64,000 nucleotides of DNA from Candidatus Omnitrophota bacterium (GCA_028280285.1 JANQMA010000050.1:38055-102054), one strand, 5' to 3'; shown: positions 1 to 10,144, numbered from the stretch's first letter. Numbers and translations: made by a program. Notes: generated from the letters alone by a model not told the origin.

Positions 1-17
1 GCAATAGCTGGCTATTT

Positions 18-3000
18 ATGGTCAAAATGCTTTTGGCCATGACCTATTCGATTGAGGAGGCCCAAGAGGAAAGAAAAAATAGCCTTTCTGGTTTGGATAA
101 AACACGGTGGGAGATGGTGCATTACTTTGCTAAGGCGTTTAAGAATGATGGAGGTCAGTATTATGACGTAGAGGATGTTGTACGTAGCATAGATGGGTTT
201 CACGAGATTGGGCGTCGTAAAGATTTAAGAATGGTATTAAAAAAGCTAACCGATGTGTATTTGCTGGCAGATAAGCTACTCATGTCTAAAAAAAGAGTGT
301 GGAAGGTTGTCAATAAAAATGATCCGCGCTGGCTACGATTACGTAACGGAGAAAAATTTGACTTGTATTATGATGCAAAAAAAATGATAGAAGAAAACCG
401 CGGTGATATCCAGTCTAAGTGGGAGCTTATATTTGCGATGGCTGATGTCATTGATGGTATGACTGAAAAGTCACCAGTTCACCTAGCTAAAATACAAAGT
501 GATATTCAACGGAAGTTATCTAAACCGGTAGCAGAAGATAGCGTAAGAGGAACACTGAGTCTTTTCGAAAATGCGCATATCATTAAAATACATAAAAAAT
601 CAGGTTCTGAGGTGTATAGTCGTCGAAGAGGTAAGAAGCAGCAAAACAGGCTTAATGCGCTTATGGATAAAAAAAGGTTTATTTTTGTTACGGAGCGCTC
701 AGCGCTCTCTGATTATTTTAATGCGCCATTGCGTGATATTTTAAACCTTGATTCGGCTTCTTTGCAAGAGCACTTTGAAACCATTGAAGATGAAGCTGAA
801 AAGATGCATGGACAAATGCAGGGGTGGATCAATAACATGGCTTCAGAACATAAGAGACAATATTATCCAGAGGCCTATACTGAGTTTGCCACTGTGATTA
901 AAACGTTTTGGGATGATGATGAGATTGTAATCCAGCTGCAATTTGTCACAGGGGGTTTAAAAAGCGTCGCGCAACGACAGTTAATACAAACGACTTATAA
1001 AGAGTTTGTCAACCGGTTGAGCAAAAATACGTATTTCGATCAGTTTACGGTTGAAACAAAACCGCCTAAAGATGTCACCAAAGGCAGCGCCACGATACGT
1101 ATTTTACAAAAAGCAACAGTCAAAACAAACCGATCGCAGCGGGCCGTTTTGAAATGGCTTTTTAAACAATTGGATATTGGCAAAATTGATCAGGGGCGGC
1201 AGGGTATTGCTTTTAATCCTATCGGCATAGCTCACAAGATTGATGGGATTAGTAATGATGGCGATGTTGAAGAGACAATTAATCATTTTGAGTTATCTGT
1301 AGGCGATCCAAAAGAACTACTCAGTTCAATAAAATACAGCATTGATGTTGCTAAATTGTGGTTTACTGTAAAGGCAGCAAAAATTATTGATGCATCCGAT
1401 CCGAACTATACATTGTTTGATAAATTTTTAGATGATATAAAACCCCAAACACCCAAAAAGAAATCATTTGCTAAATCCCCGGCCCCGGCTCGATCTAAAA
1501 AGAAGGGGGGCGATTCGTTTCAATACATTAGAGATTCGATTAAAAGAGTACAACGTAAGAAATTACTGGGAGACAAATCAGACTCTGCTTCATTCACGTC
1601 CCTTCCTGCTGTCCACCGGTTGGCGGTGGTGGCATGGATGTTGCTGCAGTCATATAAAGATCACAAAAAAGATATTGATCCTCTAGAAATTATCAAAGAT
1701 ATTATGTTAAATAATGATCAAGAAGATGGCGACATGGTTGTTCAAAAGGTTATAGGGGATCTTGATTTTTTTGTTACAGAAGGTGTTTTAAATTCTTCGA
1801 TGGATATTTTGGAAGATAGAAGGCTATATTCTTTGAAGTCCGGCCGAGGAGAGCAGCTCAGTTCTTTTGTGGCCAAAAGTCTGGACTTTCATATTGCGGA
1901 GATCCTTCTTCAAAGCAAGGATGATGTTGTTGATTTAACCACTTTAGAAGGACGCTTGCAGGACTTCCCCGGTATGAGGCTTATCATGGCTATGGGTGAG
2001 TATGATGGCTATTTTAACTATTTAAGAAGGCATTTTAAGATGCATGAGGTAGAAGGCCATATGACAGAGAGTCATGAGGTCGATATGTGGGAGCTTTTGC
2101 CCGAAGGAAAACATTATTTTGAACAGCACCTGCAAAATGTGTTGGGAGAAATGTTTTTTGATTCATTTGATCCGGTTAAAGCTCTGACGGGCTTTAAGTC
2201 CGATTTGCTTAAACCGGATGATACAAAAGAATTGTTGGAGGTATGGCAGGACAACCGCCCTGAATATTTTCGTTTTCGAAGTAAAAAAAAGGTGTTAAAG
2301 TTTTTTTTGGCATTAATTGCAGAACATAGTTTTTTCAACCAAGAATATTCCATGGAGATTCACGGAAATATTATTCGCTTTAAAGTTATTCGAGCTAAAA
2401 ATAATGACTTTCTGGGGGCAAAATTCAATATTGTGTATGAGGATTCACTGCGGCCGTCTCGGGCCAAAACATATCTCAGCCATTTTGAAGTCATTGAAAA
2501 AAATGAAAAAGCATACGATGGGCAATTGCATATTTTATTAAAAGCTTTGCTTGGTGTTGAGAGGGAAGTTGAACGAAAAGCGGACAATAAGCGTATTCAG
2601 GATGATTTGGAAAAGGTTGTTGACTGGGAAAAAATTGATTCAGGAAAGCAGCATGTTATGGCATTGGCAGGGTATATTGCGCAGGCGTCTTTTATTCCTC
2701 CAGTCGATTCTCCCCAAAAAATATTGGTGTTTAATGAATTTCAAGTTGTTGAGTTGATGGAAAAACACTTTGGAAAGGAGGTATCGGAGCCATATATTCA
2801 GAATTTACTTGCTGATTTTCATGCAAAAGGTGTTGCACAGAAATTACCAAAGAAAGAGGGCAGCTTAAATCAACAGTGGGGTCTTGAACCACATGTGAAA
2901 TATCTGTTGAGTCAAATTAATGAAGGTCGAACAGATTTATATGAATTGAAGAACTCGGCGTCCGTCGATCTTGCCGCGATATTAAACAGGGAGACTGTCG

Positions 3001-6000
3001 CTCAGAAAATTTTGGAAATAGAGCCGTCAATCATCGGGAAAATTGAGTTTACAGCAAGGCAGTTGGCGCTTAAGTTCGGCGATACTACTGATGGTTCAGA
3101 ATTAGAAGCTATTCTTAAGCAATTAGAAGACGAGCGCATCCTTCGTGTATATACGATGTCCGGCAGCACGATCAAGAAGTGGACGGTTGTCGATAAAGAC
3201 AATCTCGCACGTATCGCTGAAAGTGGCTCGATAGAAGAAAAACGCAATACTTTGCTGAATAAATGGGAGACTTTGTTTTTGATGGCTAAAATAGTTTATA
3301 GAAGAATTCAACCGGGTCAGCGGTTTAATGCGGGTTTTTTAACGGCAGAAATTAATGCGATAATTAATAATCTGGAAGCAATACAAAAAAAGCCAATACA
3401 CGAAAAACAGGTGCGTCAAGCCGCAGATCTTTTAGAAGCCGCGCGGATGTTTAAAAAGCAGTCGACCGCTTTAGGTGATTTTTGGATTCGTGCAGACGAA
3501 ATAGACAATGACATCGATGTAGAATATCAGCTGCACAGGCTTTCTTTAAAACATCAGGATGAATTAGAAAAAAGACGCCTCCAGCTGCAGGAGCCACTGG
3601 AAAAATATTTTCGCGCAGGTATCGACGCCATTTTTCACGATGAAGGGACTAAGGCTGATTCCGCGATGCTGAATAATGGCAGCGCGGCACAGACAGATTT
3701 TAAGTCCTTAAATACAGTATTAGATAGAGAAGATTTTCATATTATCGAAGAGATTATTTTAAATATGCCTTCATCTGCCTCTGCTATCGGTGTAGATTCT
3801 CCTTATAAGCAAGAAAAATCGCTCCATTTTCAAACTAAACGCCACGATGAAAATGCGCTCTTTATTTCTAACGACCTATTTGCGATAGCTCTGGATAATC
3901 ATGAACCGACATTTAAAATTTTTATCGGCTATCCATTGAGTAAAGATAAAGACCCGAATCAGAAGGAGCAAAAGCAAATATTCAATAGTGTCGCAGGTTA
4001 TTTAATTAAAGAATTTAACAGTAAATCCGGTTTGTCTAAAAAATATAATTTTCAGAAGCAAAAGTATAGATTTGACAGTGATCCTATTGTGCTGTTGCAA
4101 CTAGATTCTTCTCCATTATTAAGCGAAACAGTTAACAGTACAAATAATAAACATATAAAGACCGAAATTGATGGCATTGCGTTAACATTGAAAGACTTAG
4201 AAGATTGGGCCAAGGCTAATCCAAACAAGGTGTGGCGGGGGCCTAAAAGAGAAATCGAAAAAATATTTAATAGTTCAAATTTCGTTGCCTCTCGTGTATT
4301 AGAAAATAATAATATTAAGGTTTTTGGCGCAACGACTCCTCAAACACAACGCCTGTATGACCGTCTAGTTGAGGAATATGACATAATTGCACAATTGGAT
4401 AGGGAGAGTTTAAAAAAAATAGCGAAAGAAATGGATCTACAAATTCAAACGATTTTTGATAACCTTAAAAAATTTAAAGAAGTGTTAGATGAAGGATATT
4501 CATTAGAGCCGATAGCTGATCCGATAGAATTTGTCAGAGCAAAAAGAAAAAATGATTTATTTTATAAACAACCTTTAAACGATGATTGGGCTAAAAATGA
4601 TTCTCCTGAAAAGGCTATGGAAGGGCACGCGGCTAATAATAATTCATATACTATCAACGATAAATGGGAGCTCATTTTTGCAATAGCTGAAGTCGTTGAT
4701 AATATAGAACCAGAGCAGGTGTTTAGCGCGTACTATGTATACGATGAGATTAATCAATTGTTGCCGAAACAAGTGTCGGGTGATGAGTTAAACGCGGCAT
4801 TGGATCTTTTTGGTTTTGGTTCTCTGATTAAATTACAAAATTTCGGAGATAACAACAGACTATGGATGCGACGTACAGGTTCGCTACAAAGTGATAGAAT
4901 AAATAGCTTGCGCGTGAAAGAAAAAATCTTATTTGCTAAACCAAATTTTATGAAAAGTTATTTTCGTGCAGAATCAAACGAAATTATGAGTCAAATCGAT
5001 CTTGCCGCGATGAGTGATCCTGTTTTTCTTGATATTGCCAAGCAACTTGGAAAAATAATTGACGGCCATGAAAAACTTGATTTTTTAAGAGGAGATACGG
5101 AACGCCTTGGATCGGTGTATGCCTTTAATCAAGGCGGAGAGGTTCAACTGGCATTTAATTATAATGAGGGTGAACCTATTATTGAAATTAATTTTGTTGG
5201 AGCAAGACGTGAAAAAACCAGGCACAAATATAATAATGGTCAAAAAAGAGAACTGTTTGATCAAACCCAAAGTATACTTTTTGAAAAGCTTAACTTCTTC
5301 GTAGCAGCCGAAAAATATTTGTTGAATAAAGTGCCATATGAAGGCGTATCAGGTGCGTGGCGGACTATGTTTAAATTAAATCGTTTTGGTTCTGATAAAA
5401 AACAACAAGATGCCGCTACAATGAATGATGAGGTTGCAACCCCGCAATCTCCTTTCGCTTCAGAGTTTTTGCAAGATGAAAAGACCAGACGGAAGGTTTT
5501 GCATGCGTGGCAGCGATTACAGGTCTTGGCCAAGCAGATTCAAACTAAGATTAATGAAACAGGTATTTTTGAAGAAGTTGAAAATTTAGCCAATCGACTT
5601 GCCAAAAATGACAGTGAATTATCAGAGGATACGTATCAACGCACTGTTATGCAAATACAAAACGACGGAAAGGAAGTAAGTGAGTTTATTAGCCAATGGT
5701 TTAAGCAAGAGTCCATGGAAGATTATATCTATTTGAAAGAAGGTAGCGATTTAAGATGGAAAGTTGCGTATGATTTTATAGATAAATGGAATAAAATTCT
5801 AAATTCCATTTTTATCGATATTTATTTTTTAAGATTTTATTTGCAAAGAAATGATTTGTCGCAATTTAAAGAAACGGCAACGCATTTGAAAAATGATTTA
5901 GATGAGGGCAAGGATTATGCTTATAAGAAAATGTTAGAAAATATTTTACGCCCGACAGAAGAAAACATTTTTAAAGATCGTAATGGTGCTGAACAATTAG

Positions 6001-6947
6001 GAGAACCGGAAGAAATTTATCAATATTTTCTTGCGCCCGCCATGCGCGCTTTTCCTGAAGAGATAAAGGCCTTATCGAAAAAGGATACTCCGGATTCCGC
6101 CGCGATGAGTGATGGGGAGTTTAGGGAGAAAATGGGTCAGGCTTATCAGAGTGCTGTAAAAATATTAGCTGTGTTAAGAGACGCAACAAATCAGTTAAAA
6201 GAGGAGTTACCAAATACTGACCCAAAAATACATAAAGAAAAAATCAAAAGTTATGTATCGGGGATACATCATATGCTTATACATTATCTTGTAGGAGCAA
6301 GAGGAGCATTTTTGTTTTATCAGAATACACGAAATATAAATGGTAAAATTACGGCAGATCAATATGATAACTTAGTAAAATACTGGGAACTATTTAAAGG
6401 TCAATTTGATCAAATGGATCGTTTAAATGTTGATGAAAAACAACGGAAAAAAGAGGCGACAATAATTTTAAATAGTTTGGAGTTAAAGATTGAAAATCAG
6501 GAAGACTATTCTCTGGATAATTATAGATTTATGAAATTTTTAGTATGGGGAAAGGGATGGGGCAAATATTATAGTTGGATCAAAGATTTTCAATCAGAGA
6601 TTAACGATGACGTTGAGAAAATAGACGGTTTACTTAAGGAAGTCGAAAATAATTTTGTTGATTTGGCCGCGATGACAGATGTCGGGGGGATTGACTTAAA
6701 TCCTGAGCTTCTTAATATGGATATTGAATATGATGAAGCCGGTGTGCCGCTTCCGGCTGTGCAGCAACCGGTGATTAATATGGATATTGAAGGCTTCACA
6801 CCGGTGATTATTAATGTAACCCCAATCCCGAGTCTGCCGCTTATGCTGGGACTTGATGTTGATCAGAATGATGAGTCTAAACCTGACAGGCAGCAAGTGG
6901 CGTGGGAGTATGGGGAGCTTGGCTATGCCTTGCGTGAGCTTGATTAA
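18..6947 (+). CDS. Giant modular protein, probably the C-terminal part (frame is open to the window edge)
   Basis: 2309-aa ORF with no upstream in-frame stop (AAT AGC TGG CTA TTT ATG). Repeated KWELIFA-like helical/wHTH-like modules, recurrent D-x-A-(A)-M motifs, and a C-terminal GGIDLNP...GFTPVIINVTP tail. Confidence 0.85.
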   Translation: MVKMLLAMTYSIEEAQEERKNSLSGLDKTRWEMVHYFAKAFKNDGGQYYDVEDVVRSIDGFHEIGRRKDLRMVLKKLTDVYLLADKLLMSKKRVWKVVNKNDPRWLRLRNGEKFDLYYDAKKMIEENRGDIQSKWELIFAMADVIDGMTEKSPVHLAKIQSDIQRKLSKPVAEDSVRGTLSLFENAHIIKIHKKSGSEVYSRRRGKKQQNRLNALMDKKRFIFVTERSALSDYFNAPLRDILNLDSASLQEHFETIEDEAEKMHGQMQGWINNMASEHKRQYYPEAYTEFATVIKTFWDDDEIVIQLQFVTGGLKSVAQRQLIQTTYKEFVNRLSKNTYFDQFTVETKPPKDVTKGSATIRILQKATVKTNRSQRAVLKWLFKQLDIGKIDQGRQGIAFNPIGIAHKIDGISNDGDVEETINHFELSVGDPKELLSSIKYSIDVAKLWFTVKAAKIIDASDPNYTLFDKFLDDIKPQTPKKKSFAKSPAPARSKKKGGDSFQYIRDSIKRVQRKKLLGDKSDSASFTSLPAVHRLAVVAWMLLQSYKDHKKDIDPLEIIKDIMLNNDQEDGDMVVQKVIGDLDFFVTEGVLNSSMDILEDRRLYSLKSGRGEQLSSFVAKSLDFHIAEILLQSKDDVVDLTTLEGRLQDFPGMRLIMAMGEYDGYFNYLRRHFKMHEVEGHMTESHEVDMWELLPEGKHYFEQHLQNVLGEMFFDSFDPVKALTGFKSDLLKPDDTKELLEVWQDNRPEYFRFRSKKKVLKFFLALIAEHSFFNQEYSMEIHGNIIRFKVIRAKNNDFLGAKFNIVYEDSLRPSRAKTYLSHFEVIEKNEKAYDGQLHILLKALLGVEREVERKADNKRIQDDLEKVVDWEKIDSGKQHVMALAGYIAQASFIPPVDSPQKILVFNEFQVVELMEKHFGKEVSEPYIQNLLADFHAKGVAQKLPKKEGSLNQQWGLEPHVKYLLSQINEGRTDLYELKNSASVDLAAILNRETVAQKILEIEPSIIGKIEFTARQLALKFGDTTDGSELEAILKQLEDERILRVYTMSGSTIKKWTVVDKDNLARIAESGSIEEKRNTLLNKWETLFLMAKIVYRRIQPGQRFNAGFLTAEINAIINNLEAIQKKPIHEKQVRQAADLLEAARMFKKQSTALGDFWIRADEIDNDIDVEYQLHRLSLKHQDELEKRRLQLQEPLEKYFRAGIDAIFHDEGTKADSAMLNNGSAAQTDFKSLNTVLDREDFHIIEEIILNMPSSASAIGVDSPYKQEKSLHFQTKRHDENALFISNDLFAIALDNHEPTFKIFIGYPLSKDKDPNQKEQKQIFNSVAGYLIKEFNSKSGLSKKYNFQKQKYRFDSDPIVLLQLDSSPLLSETVNSTNNKHIKTEIDGIALTLKDLEDWAKANPNKVWRGPKREIEKIFNSSNFVASRVLENNNIKVFGATTPQTQRLYDRLVEEYDIIAQLDRESLKKIAKEMDLQIQTIFDNLKKFKEVLDEGYSLEPIADPIEFVRAKRKNDLFYKQPLNDDWAKNDSPEKAMEGHAANNNSYTINDKWELIFAIAEVVDNIEPEQVFSAYYVYDEINQLLPKQVSGDELNAALDLFGFGSLIKLQNFGDNNRLWMRRTGSLQSDRINSLRVKEKILFAKPNFMKSYFRAESNEIMSQIDLAAMSDPVFLDIAKQLGKIIDGHEKLDFLRGDTERLGSVYAFNQGGEVQLAFNYNEGEPIIEINFVGARREKTRHKYNNGQKRELFDQTQSILFEKLNFFVAAEKYLLNKVPYEGVSGAWRTMFKLNRFGSDKKQQDAATMNDEVATPQSPFASEFLQDEKTRRKVLHAWQRLQVLAKQIQTKINETGIFEEVENLANRLAKNDSELSEDTYQRTVMQIQNDGKEVSEFISQWFKQESMEDYIYLKEGSDLRWKVAYDFIDKWNKILNSIFIDIYFLRFYLQRNDLSQFKETATHLKNDLDEGKDYAYKKMLENILRPTEENIFKDRNGAEQLGEPEEIYQYFLAPAMRAFPEEIKALSKKDTPDSAAMSDGEFREKMGQAYQSAVKILAVLRDATNQLKEELPNTDPKIHKEKIKSYVSGIHHMLIHYLVGARGAFLFYQNTRNINGKITADQYDNLVKYWELFKGQFDQMDRLNVDEKQRKKEATIILNSLELKIENQEDYSLDNYRFMKFLVWGKGWGKYYSWIKDFQSEINDDVEKIDGLLKEVENNFVDLAAMTDVGGIDLNPELLNMDIEYDEAGVPLPAVQQPVINMDIEGFTPVIINVTPIPSLPLMLGLDVDQNDESKPDRQQVAWEYGELGYALRELD

Positions 6948-7013
6948 ACTATAAACACTAAACAGTTAACAGATTTGGCTAAGTTTGTTTACTGTTTAAA
7001 GTTTATTGTTTAT
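6945..7013. repeat. Heptamer-periodic palindromic intergenic element (TAAACxx family)
   Basis: taaac-ta/taaac-ac/taaac-ag units followed by gttta-ct/gttta-aa/gttta-tt. Shares tgtttactgtttaaagttt with the element at ~32895. Confidence 0.75.
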
Positions 7014-7037
7014 ATAGTCACTAAATTTTAGTTCCCC

Positions 7038-7066
7038 TTGTCAACCAAAACCAACTCTGCTACACT
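7038..7066 (+). promoter_or_regulatory. Sigma70-type promoter, probably leaderless
   Basis: TTGTCA-17 bp-TACACT with TGn extended -10. ATG lies 6 nt downstream and there is no SD. Confidence 0.55.
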
Positions 7067-7072
7067 GACCCC

Positions 7073-7825
7073 ATGAAATACAAAAGCCTTATCTTTACCC
7101 TATTTTTACTCCTTTCAACTACAGCTTCCGCCGGGATTATCGAAATCGAACGCGCCTTCATGGAGCAGGATTATCCGCGGGCCGAGGTATTGGCCGAAGA
7201 AGGCCTTAAGCGGCACAAGGGTGGTGATGTAAGTCTTTTTCAGTATTATCTGGGCTTAAGCCACATCCGTTTAGGTAAATATGGCCTGGCTGCATCGGCT
7301 TTGAAAGACTTAGTTAATGATCAAACCATTCCGACCGATCTGCGTGATAAAGCACACCTGGCACTGATCGATGCCTATTATCTAGCCGGCAAATATGATC
7401 GGGCTGCCGTTCTCGCCGATCAGTTTAAGACAGCGAGTTATAATTCTGATTATTTGAGCCTGCTTTATTTAAAGTCGGCACGTATTAAGTTTAAACAGGC
7501 CGCGTGGACTGATGCGAGGCTCAAACTGCGTACGATCATTAATCAATATCCGGAAAGCTTTGATGTCTATCTGGCGGACCAATTTTTACAAGAAAAGATG
7601 TTCTTCTCGGTTCAGGTCGGCTCTTTTCGCGATCGTGCCCGGGCTAAGGATTTGGTATCACAATTAAAAGCAGAAGGCAAAACCGCCTATATTTTTGAAG
7701 TGAAAGATTATTCGGGACGAAAATTTTATCGTGTGCGTGTCGGTCAGGTGTCATTTCTCGATCAGGCCAAAAACCTGCAGGAAAAATTGGCTAAGCAGGG
7801 GTATCCAACAAGAATCTACCCTTAG
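7073..7825 (+). CDS. Exported TPR + SPOR domain protein
   Basis: Signal peptide, TPR-like helices, C-terminal SPOR motif VQVGSF...YRVRVG. Confidence 0.85.
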   Translation: MKYKSLIFTLFLLLSTTASAGIIEIERAFMEQDYPRAEVLAEEGLKRHKGGDVSLFQYYLGLSHIRLGKYGLAASALKDLVNDQTIPTDLRDKAHLALIDAYYLAGKYDRAAVLADQFKTASYNSDYLSLLYLKSARIKFKQAAWTDARLKLRTIINQYPESFDVYLADQFLQEKMFFSVQVGSFRDRARAKDLVSQLKAEGKTAYIFEVKDYSGRKFYRVRVGQVSFLDQAKNLQEKLAKQGYPTRIYP

Positions 7826-7889
7826 AGGTGTTAGGTTTAAGGTGTTGGCTGTGAGCCCTCTAAAACCCAAAACCTAACCCCTAAAACCT
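7825..7889. repeat. Heptamer palindromic element (AGGTxTT family), inverted copy of 8788-8852
   Basis: 7825-7848 and 7860-7889 are exact reverse complements of 8829-8852 and 8788-8817. Confidence 0.9.
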
Positions 7890-7899
7890 TTTAGCTTAT

Positions 7900-8796
7900 A
7901 TGTCTACTTCTCTTATTATATTTATTACCGGTCCCACGGCTGTTGGTAAATCGGATGTTGCGCTTAATGTCGCCAGGAAGCTAGATGGTGAAATCATCGC
8001 CTGCGACTCAATGCAGGTGTATCGTGAAATTAATGTGGCCAGCAACAAACCTTCGCCTGAAGAACGGAAACAAACTTCTTATCACATGCTTGATGTGGCC
8101 TCTGTTTACGATGAGTTTGATGTGAATCAGTACGCGAAGCTGGCGATTGCGTGCGTTAAAGATATTATAAGTCGCGGCAAGCAGCCGATTGTCTGTGGAG
8201 GCACAGGCCTTTATATGGAAGCGCTTATTGACGGAGTGTTTGAAGGGCCGAAGGCCGACTGGAATTTAAGAGAAAAATTGGAACAAGAGTCTCCGGAACA
8301 ACTGCATGCGCGTCTTGAAGGGATTGACCCTGATGCAGCGGCTAAAATTCATCCCAATGATTTAAGGCGAATCATTCGCGCGCTCGAAGTGTTTGAATTA
8401 ACAGGCAAACCGATATCGGTTTGGCAGAAAGATCGTACAGGGCTCGCGGATAAATATGCGATTAAAGGTTTCGTTTTAACGCGCGGCCGGGACGCGCTTT
8501 ATGCCACGATCAACACGCGTGTCGATCAAATGATTAATCAAGGATTGATCGACGAGGTGAGCGCGCTTGATTTGGCACACATCAGTAAAACTGCACGGCA
8601 ACTGATCGGCATTAAAGAAACGCTTCAATATTTAAATAATGAAATTGACCGAGACAGGCTCATCGAGATAATCAAACAAAATTCGCGCCATTATGCCAAG
8701 AGACAATTAACTTGGTTTAGGAAAGATGAGCGTTTGCAGTGGATTGATCTTGGCCTAAGCGACCCGTTAAAGGAAATATTAGATAAGAGGTTTTAG
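7900..8796 (+). CDS. miaA: tRNA dimethylallyltransferase
   Basis: GPTAVGKS, DSMQVY, GGTGLY and YAKRQLTWFR motifs; sits upstream of hflX. Confidence 0.97.
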   Translation: MSTSLIIFITGPTAVGKSDVALNVARKLDGEIIACDSMQVYREINVASNKPSPEERKQTSYHMLDVASVYDEFDVNQYAKLAIACVKDIISRGKQPIVCGGTGLYMEALIDGVFEGPKADWNLREKLEQESPEQLHARLEGIDPDAAAKIHPNDLRRIIRALEVFELTGKPISVWQKDRTGLADKYAIKGFVLTRGRDALYATINTRVDQMINQGLIDEVSALDLAHISKTARQLIGIKETLQYLNNEIDRDRLIEIIKQNSRHYAKRQLTWFRKDERLQWIDLGLSDPLKEILDKRF

Positions 8797-8852
8797 GGGT
8801 TAGGTTTTGGGTTTTAGGGCGCCAACACCCAACACCTTAAACCTAACACCTC
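8788..8852. repeat. Heptamer palindromic element (AGGTxTT family)
   Basis: aggtttt/aggggtt/aggtttt/gggtttt then ccaacac/ccaacac/cttaaac/ctaacac. Contains the miaA stop codon. Confidence 0.9.
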
Positions 8853-8860
8853 ATATTGTT

Positions 8861-10144
8861 ATGAGCAAGACACATACTCTCCCAACAACCTTACCCCGTG
8901 AAAAAGTATTTATCGTCGTCATTCATTTTAAAAATGACCGCAGTCCGTGGGGCACCGATGAGCTTCTCTATGAAATGCAGGAGCTGGTTAAAGCCTGCGA
9001 GGCTGAAGTGATTGGTCATGCCGTTTGTTCACTCGCCGATATTAATCCCAAATATTTTATCGGGGAAGGGAAGCTCGATGAGATTATGCGCGCGGCCGGT
9101 GCTTTGGGCACTGAAACGATTGTTTTTAGTGAAGATTTAAAGGGCTCCCAACAACGTAATTTAGAAGAGAAGATTGATATTAAGACCATTGACCGCACGC
9201 AGCTTATTCTGGATATTTTTGCTAAGCGCGCAACAAGCCGTGAAGGTAAGATGCAAGTTGAGCTTGCGCAACTTGAATATTTACTGCCGCGGCTTGTCGG
9301 GCGCGGGATCGAGCTTTCCCGCCAGGGTGCCGGGATCGGAACGCTTGGTCCCGGGGAAACCAAGCTTGAGGCCGACCGTCGGCGTATTTCCGACAGGATC
9401 GCCAAGCTTAAACGCGCGTTGATTGATGTCGAGAAAAAACGTGCCTTAACGCGCAAACGCCGCAAGGATAAAGGGGTTCCGGTGGTCTCTTTAGTGGGTT
9501 ACACCAATGCCGGTAAATCCACTTTACTTAACACATTGACCGATGCCGATGCATTGACCCGCGACGGCTTGTTTACCACATTGGATTCACTTTCACGTCA
9601 GCTGACACTGACTAATAATCAAAAAATGATTTTATCCGACACGGTTGGATTTATGCATGCCCTGCCGCATCATTTGATCGAATCGTTTAAGGCTACTTTA
9701 GAAGAGCTTCAAGAAGCAGATGTGCTCATGCATGTGGTCGATGTGTCGCGGTCGAATTTCAAAGACAGGATGGATGCGGTTCACGAGGTGCTCGAAGATC
9801 TCGACGTTGCATGGAAAAAAGTTTTATATGTCTTTAACAAAATTGATCAAGTTGAGGATACGGATTGGCTTGATCAACTTAAAGATAATTATGAACACTG
9901 TGCTTTTATATCGGCTAAACAAAATATCAATTTGGACGAACTACAGACAGCGCTTATAACCATGCTGTCTTCTCTATATATGTATGTGGAACTTGAAATT
10001 CCGATGGCCCGTATGGACTTGATTAATGTCCTGCATGAACAGGGCAAAGTAAGCCATATTACCTATGGGGAGAATACAATAGAAGTGGAGGCTTCGATTC
10101 CGGTTCAGGTTTCCAATGTTTTTAAACCTTTTTTGAATAAATAG
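8861..10144 (+). CDS. hflX: GTPase HflX
   Basis: ILDIF, GPGETKLE, GYTNAGKS, DTVGF and NKID motifs. Start moved to ATG 8861, because the longer ORF reads through the repeat. Confidence 0.96.
   Translation: MSKTHTLPTTLPREKVFIVVIHFKNDRSPWGTDELLYEMQELVKACEAEVIGHAVCSLADINPKYFIGEGKLDEIMRAAGALGTETIVFSEDLKGSQQRNLEEKIDIKTIDRTQLILDIFAKRATSREGKMQVELAQLEYLLPRLVGRGIELSRQGAGIGTLGPGETKLEADRRRISDRIAKLKRALIDVEKKRALTRKRRKDKGVPVVSLVGYTNAGKSTLLNTLTDADALTRDGLFTTLDSLSRQLTLTNNQKMILSDTVGFMHALPHHLIESFKATLEELQEADVLMHVVDVSRSNFKDRMDAVHEVLEDLDVAWKKVLYVFNKIDQVEDTDWLDQLKDNYEHCAFISAKQNINLDELQTALITMLSSLYMYVELEIPMARMDLINVLHEQGKVSHITYGENTIEVEASIPVQVSNVFKPFLNK

Noticed and set aside
8807-8860. N-terminal extensions in the ORF track (hflX, and likewise 17077, 30893, 39558, 41253, 58027, 63887)
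   Set aside because: They are read-through of repeat or hairpin elements; downstream ATGs match the family starts.
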